From the NCBI GenBank assembly GCA_963755125.1, contig CAVWIP010000016.1, positions 32,001-96,000 on the forward strand: a stretch of 64,000 nt of DNA. Reading direction: 5' to 3'. Numbering within the stretch: position 1 is the stretch's first letter; each line of letters starts with the position of its first letter. This document shows positions 59,194 through 64,000 of this stretch, piece after piece. A program made the translations under genes and the position numbers. The DNA comes from an uncultured delta proteobacterium. GTDB lineage: Bacteria > Myxococcota_A > Polyangia > Fen-1088. Under the pieces are notes generated by a model. The model saw nothing but the letters and a program-made list of their open reading frames with translations, had not been told where the DNA came from and searched no databases.

Positions 59194-59282
59194 AGTTCTT
59201 TCCGGCCGCAGCGCCGGAAAGACCGACCAAGCCGGATCATGCGGGTTGCCTGCCGGGGTGAAGGGCGCGACAATCCTCGACC

Positions 59283-60257
59283 ATGACCGACGTGAACCAG
59301 TTTATCCTGCCGCCTTTCGAGCCCCGGAATCCCTTGCGAGTTCCGTGCGCGGTGCTCGCCGTGTTGTTCGGGGCGACGCTGGTAGGCGGATTCTGGATGT
59401 TCCTGGAGCGCGGCAAGGCTCGCTCGACTGCCAGGATCGCCGCCGAGGATCTGAAGGCCGGTCAGGCCAGGATCGCGGCGCTCGAGGCTGACAAGGCTGG
59501 GCTCGAAACCGAGAAGGAACAACTGGAAACGGAGAAGGCACAGCTTGAGACCGTAAAGAGCGAACTGGAGTCGGTGAAGCGCGAATTGTCGAAGAACGCC
59601 CAGGCGAAGGACGACGAGATCGCCGAACTCAAGGGGATCTCCGACAAGATTCAGGACAAGATGAAGGATGACATCGCCCACGGTGACCTCCATCTCGATC
59701 AAGCCGGCAGCAGCCTGCGCGTGGTCGTGGCGGACAAGGTTCTGTTTGACCCCGGCGAAGTTCAAGTTTCCAAGCGTGGTGAAGGCGTGCTCGCGCGTGT
59801 GGCCGAGGTTCTTGCCGGCACTCCCGACCAAGAGATTCAGGTTTCGGGCCACACCGACCGGGCGCCCATCAACGGCAAGCTTGCGGCTCAATACCCGACC
59901 AACTGGGAGCTGTCCGTCGCGCGGGCGACCAACGTGGTCCGCTTCCTGACAGAGAAGGCCAAGATTCCGGCGCAACAACTGGTTGCCAGTGGCCACGGCG
60001 AGTATCAGCCAATCGCCAGCAACAGGTCCTCGGCCGGTCGCGCGCGAAATCGCCGCGTCGAGATTCTACTGACGCCAGTTCTGGCGCCAACCACGAAATC
60101 CAAACTCACGGCGGCGGGTGCGTCCAAGACCGGCGGAAAAAAAGGGGCGGCCCAGAAGGCTGACAAGAAGACCGACCAGACCGGGAAGACAGGCAAGAAG
60201 CCCAAGGCGGGCGGGAGCCACGCGGCCAGCAAGGGCGGCAGGCCTGCGACGAAATAG
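59283..60257 (+). CDS. OmpA/MotB-family peptidoglycan-binding protein with a coiled coil
   Basis: TM, heptads LETEKEQ/LETEKAQ, VLFDPG, GHTD, NWELSVARA, RARNRRVEI; Lys-rich tail. Confidence 0.88.
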   Translation: MTDVNQFILPPFEPRNPLRVPCAVLAVLFGATLVGGFWMFLERGKARSTARIAAEDLKAGQARIAALEADKAGLETEKEQLETEKAQLETVKSELESVKRELSKNAQAKDDEIAELKGISDKIQDKMKDDIAHGDLHLDQAGSSLRVVVADKVLFDPGEVQVSKRGEGVLARVAEVLAGTPDQEIQVSGHTDRAPINGKLAAQYPTNWELSVARATNVVRFLTEKAKIPAQQLVASGHGEYQPIASNRSSAGRARNRRVEILLTPVLAPTTKSKLTAAGASKTGGKKGAAQKADKKTDQTGKTGKKPKAGGSHAASKGGRPATK

Positions 60258-60520
60258 CCGGCCACCGCCTGGACCGGGGGCAAGGGCGGCAAGTTTCGCG
60301 GTGGTCGCGAGGACCACCTTCAAGCCGCGTTTGAAAAGATCGGCCGACTCAGGTTCCTGAACGCGCAAATCTTGCCGACTTGTTCCCGATCGCCATCTCA
60401 ATTGCGCGGTCCCTGTTGGTACCCAGCACCCGAGGTGGGGCATCTCACTACTTGAAGCACGGGAGGTTTGGCCAGCATGCGCAAGCAGCACAATTTGGTT
60501 GTCGGCTGGGAGGGCGCGGC

Positions 60521-62263
60521 GTGAAGAGAGCGGAATCCCGGTCTGAATCCAGCGTCGACACGATCCTGCAGGTAGGCCAGCTCGTGGAGGGCAAATACCG
60601 GGTCGAGCACCTGCTCGGCCAAGGCGGAATGGCCGCGGTGTGGGCCGGCACCAATGAACGAACCGGCAAGCGAGTCGCATTGAAGGTCATTCTGCGCTCC
60701 CTGTCCACCATGCGGGTGGCACAGGGCCTCTTTCACAGCGAGGTTCTGGCCGCCAGCCTGGTCAACCATCCCAATGTGGTCACGGTCTTCGACGTCATCG
60801 AACATGAGGGAATGGCGTGCATCGTGATGGAGTTGCTCGAGGGCGAGCCGCTGAGCAGCTACATCGCGCGCTTCGGATTTCTCGCCGTCAAAGAAGCGAC
60901 GACGCTGCTCTTGCCAGCCATGCGAGGGGTGGCCGCGGCGAACGCGCAGGGCGTGATCCATCGAGATCTCAAGCCGCAGAACATCTTCATCTGCATGGAA
61001 CCCGACGGACGGATCGTGACCACCAAGGTGTTGGATTTCGGCATCTCGGTCATGGTGGCGCGAGGCCTGGACCCTTCGGCAGGGCCGGCCTTGCCCATGG
61101 GAACGCCGGCGTACATGTCGCCCGAGCACATTTGGGGCATGCCCGATATAGATGGGCGCGCCGACGTATACGGCTTCGGCGTGTTGCTGTACGAATCGTT
61201 GACCGGACGGGTGCCGTTCCCGGGGGAGCCCAGCCCGACGCTCTTCGACCGCATTCTGTACAAGCCCGCTATTCCAGCCACGACCGTCCGTCCCGATTTG
61301 CCGGCCGGCTTGCTGCGCATCATCGACAAGGCCATGGCCAAGGATCGCGAGCAGCGCTACCCGGACGTGAATTCGTTGGCGATGGCTCTCGAAGACGAAG
61401 TGATGATGCCCATCCCTGCACCGCGTTTGGCCACTCCGCGAGCTGGGGTACCTTCGCTTGCCGCGCACGATACCCTGTCTGACCCTCATGCGCCCGTGCC
61501 GCAGGCCGTTCTCAGCAGCGAGCCATCTGAGGAACACGAAGGGACACGAATCCTGTTCGGGTTCCCCCTGGAAACAGAGAGCAAGGAAAGCGCCTCCCCT
61601 GGAACGCCCGTTGCTGGCAACAGCGGCAACGGTGGCAACGATGGATCGCCACCCGGCTCGCGAGAGGCGGTGCCTTTGCCAGCCACAGATCGCGAAGCGG
61701 CTCCGGTAGCCGTGCGAGCTTCGCGGCCGAAGATGGGATCTCCTGGCATGGGCATCCCCGCTGCCCTTCGTGGTTGGGGTGGCTTGCTGGGCGCCGGGGT
61801 CGCGATCGCTGTCGGCTTCTTCGTGGTGTCGGCGGCGGTTCGAGGTGCCCGCAAGCTGCAGACACGCGCGCCGGCTCCCATCGTCAATAGCGCGCCGCCA
61901 GCCCGGGAGCCCGTCGTGCAGCCGGTTCTTCCCGCCGTGGTGTCGACCGCAACCATCGACCCGGTGGTGGTTCCCGCCCTTCTGACAATTTCCTCATCAC
62001 CACCCGCGGCTAGCTCGCTCGCAACGGGTGAACGTCGCCCCCCCCTGCGCCATGCACGCGATACGGCCGTTCCGCCGACTGCAAGCCGTCCACCCGTGGG
62101 GGTGCGAGAAACCCTGAACGATCTCCCGCCGCGACAGCAAGCTTTGCGCCGGGCCTCGGGCAGGCCTGAGCTGTCACAGGCGCCGGCGTCGAGGCAAAAG
62201 GCTGGTGCGTCGGCGAAGTCCCCAGCGCCGCGTGCCGGTACTCTCTCCAAAGACGACTTCTAG
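60521..62263 (+). CDS. Hanks-type Ser/Thr protein kinase with a TM and Pro-rich C-terminus
   Basis: GQGGMAAV, VALK, HRDLKPQN, DFG, GTPAYMSPE, DVYGFG; start uncertain. Confidence 0.9.
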   Translation: MKRAESRSESSVDTILQVGQLVEGKYRVEHLLGQGGMAAVWAGTNERTGKRVALKVILRSLSTMRVAQGLFHSEVLAASLVNHPNVVTVFDVIEHEGMACIVMELLEGEPLSSYIARFGFLAVKEATTLLLPAMRGVAAANAQGVIHRDLKPQNIFICMEPDGRIVTTKVLDFGISVMVARGLDPSAGPALPMGTPAYMSPEHIWGMPDIDGRADVYGFGVLLYESLTGRVPFPGEPSPTLFDRILYKPAIPATTVRPDLPAGLLRIIDKAMAKDREQRYPDVNSLAMALEDEVMMPIPAPRLATPRAGVPSLAAHDTLSDPHAPVPQAVLSSEPSEEHEGTRILFGFPLETESKESASPGTPVAGNSGNGGNDGSPPGSREAVPLPATDREAAPVAVRASRPKMGSPGMGIPAALRGWGGLLGAGVAIAVGFFVVSAAVRGARKLQTRAPAPIVNSAPPAREPVVQPVLPAVVSTATIDPVVVPALLTISSSPPAASSLATGERRPPLRHARDTAVPPTASRPPVGVRETLNDLPPRQQALRRASGRPELSQAPASRQKAGASAKSPAPRAGTLSKDDF

Positions 62264-62326
62264 CGGAACGGCGTTGCTCGGCAGACCAGGGAGTACCCGG
62301 TGCGCTTTCTGCCACCAAGGGACGCT

Positions 62327-63655
62327 TCACTCGCACTTCGAGAGAAACACGCCCATTACAAACTCGCCCGCCGTGTTGTCGGCCGAGGTGACGGCGAGGT
62401 CGAGGAGTCCATCACCGTTGAAGTCAGCCACGGCCAGCGCGTCAGGGCTTCCCGCAATCGTGTAGCTCACAGGAGCGAGCAACGTGCCGTCGCCCGCATT
62501 GGCGAGCAACAGCACCACGCCATTGCGGTCGTCCGGCGAGGTCTGCACCACGACGATGTCGACGTGGCCATCGCCATTGAAATCCGCCGCAACCACCCCG
62601 CCGCCCGTGCTCGGATACCCCACTCCCGGTGCGGCTGTGCCACTGCCCGCGTTCGCGTAGCTCGCCTGCAAGGTGAATGTGCCGTCGCCCGCGTTGAAGA
62701 ACACGCTCAGAGTGTTGTCCACGCTGTTGGTGGCGGCGATGTCGGCTGCGCCGTCGCCATTCAGGTCGCCCACGGCGACCGATGCGGTGCCATTGCCCGA
62801 GGGATAGCTCACCTGCGGGGCAAAGGTCCCATCGCCTTGGTTGATAAGGACATTGACCGTGCCCGCTCCCAGCCCGGTCGGGAGGCAGCGCGCCCCTGGG
62901 CACGTGCCCGCCAGTTCGGCGTTGCTGACCACGATGTCGGGGAAGCCGTCGCCATTGAGATCGCCCACCGCGATCGAATCGACCACGTCGCCCGCGGCGT
63001 AGGTGATCGGCGCGGCGAAGCCAGCATTGCCATCCCCGAAAAGTATGTCGACCGCCCCATCTTGCGTGGTGACCGCGAGGTCGGGGTGGCCGTCGCGATT
63101 GAAGTCGGCCGCGGCCGTGGCAACCGCTGATTGCGGTCCCGCAAGGGTAAGCAAGGAGGCAAAGGTACCGTCACCCTGATTGACGAAAAGATCGATCTGG
63201 TCGAGCACGGTGAGCACCGCGAAGTCGGGCTTGCCATCGCCATTGAAGTCGCCCACGGCCACGGAGGTTGCTTCCATGTCCGTGTTGTAGGAGGCGGCCG
63301 GCGCGAAGGCGCCGTTTCCCTGATTCAGGAAGACGCTCGCCCGGACCGCTCCGCTGGCGGCGGTCGAAGGAGTCCCGTTTCCCCAGGCAGTGACCACGAC
63401 ATCGGGATGGCCATCGCCGTTGAAATCACCGACCGCGATGGACGTGTCGCCCGAACTCACGTAGGTCGACTCCGGCGCAAACCCCGCCCATCGGCACGCG
63501 CGTGCGTCGGCCGAATTTGCGACCGAATCGATGGTTGCGTCCGCAAACGCCCCTGAACCCGCCGCTGCGTCCGACTTGCGGAATGACGATCCCTGCCCGG
63601 TGCGCCCGCACCCTGCTAGTAAAAGAACGAGTGCACAGGTTCGACAAGCGTGCAT
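62327..63655 (-). CDS. FG-GAP/VCBS-repeat beta-propeller lipoprotein
   Basis: LAGC lipobox; seven (G/A)D(F/L)N(G/R)DGxxD repeats. Confidence 0.88.
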   Translation of the reverse strand: MHACRTCALVLLLAGCGRTGQGSSFRKSDAAAGSGAFADATIDSVANSADARACRWAGFAPESTYVSSGDTSIAVGDFNGDGHPDVVVTAWGNGTPSTAASGAVRASVFLNQGNGAFAPAASYNTDMEATSVAVGDFNGDGKPDFAVLTVLDQIDLFVNQGDGTFASLLTLAGPQSAVATAAADFNRDGHPDLAVTTQDGAVDILFGDGNAGFAAPITYAAGDVVDSIAVGDLNGDGFPDIVVSNAELAGTCPGARCLPTGLGAGTVNVLINQGDGTFAPQVSYPSGNGTASVAVGDLNGDGAADIAATNSVDNTLSVFFNAGDGTFTLQASYANAGSGTAAPGVGYPSTGGGVVAADFNGDGHVDIVVVQTSPDDRNGVVLLLANAGDGTLLAPVSYTIAGSPDALAVADFNGDGLLDLAVTSADNTAGEFVMGVFLSKCE

Positions 63656-63729
63656 CACGAGATCCTCCCCGGTTGAGTGTAGCTCACCAGCCGAGCAGGA
63701 GGGGAGTGTGCTCAGCACCGCAGGTGCCA

Positions 63730-63957
63730 TTGGATGACCCCATCAGGTCGGAGCTGTTGTGGTTCGTGATCTTTCCCTACCTGCACCTTTCCTATTTCTG
63801 GCTGATCGTCATCGGCGAAGGCTTCGCTTTCCTGGCCGAGGCGGCCCACTTCGCTTTCCTATTCCGCCGCCGCCGCGCACTGCCGTGGTCCGCTCTTGCC
63901 AACACCGCAAGTTTCAGCACCGGGATGCTCAGCCGGCGGCCGTTCGGGATGCCATAG
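63730..63957 (+). pseudogene. C-terminal fragment of a small membrane protein
   Basis: LLWFVIFPYL...GEGFAFLAEA...SALANTASF hydrophobic segment with no convincing start. Confidence 0.4.
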
Positions 63958-64000
63958 CGCCTGTGGCTGGCTGCGCCCCGAAACGCAGCGCCGATCTTTC

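Noticed and set aside
59283..60257. MotB-like gene as ZorB or a flagellar stator
   Set aside because: There is no MotA/ZorA partner, and coiled-coil OmpA/MotB proteins are common stand-alone genes in this group.

Overview
High-GC bacterial chromosomal window, most likely Myxococcota (Polyangia/Haliangiales-like). This is inferred from gene types, not from a search: an AgmX/TonB-C lipoprotein, a Hanks-type Ser/Thr kinase, Gly/Thr-linker lipoproteins, an OmpA/MotB coiled-coil protein and a lone T3SS SctJ. Housekeeping genes (mltG, ruvX/yqgF, ilvE, metF, clpX-like, mutS2, apgM, holB, ricT/PSP1, metG, icd) are interleaved with many envelope-glycosylation genes. The best candidate for an undescribed system lies at about 29-42.7 kb. 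It has a translationally coupled operon (BtrN-type radical SAM, GT4, LPG-synthase/flippase-like protein, GT-C), a divergent Gfo/Idh/MocA dehydrogenase, a coupled CDP-alcohol phosphatidyltransferase plus class III aminotransferase, and a membrane Thr-nucleophile sulfatase-fold transferase. Together these suggest an (amino)cyclitol glycolipid, GPI/PIM-like, assembly line. Other notable items are a 33-bp repeat found four times just downstream of stop codons, a 116-118-bp palindromic element found twice between convergent genes, an IS110 pseudogene joined head-on to an IS91 fragment, an internally deleted hsdM relic, an orphan sigma28 plus SctJ pair, a degenerate PII protein and a nucleotidyltransferase TA-like pair. 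No rRNA, tRNA or CRISPR array was recognised. All family calls come from motif recognition by eye, and several start codons are uncertain.
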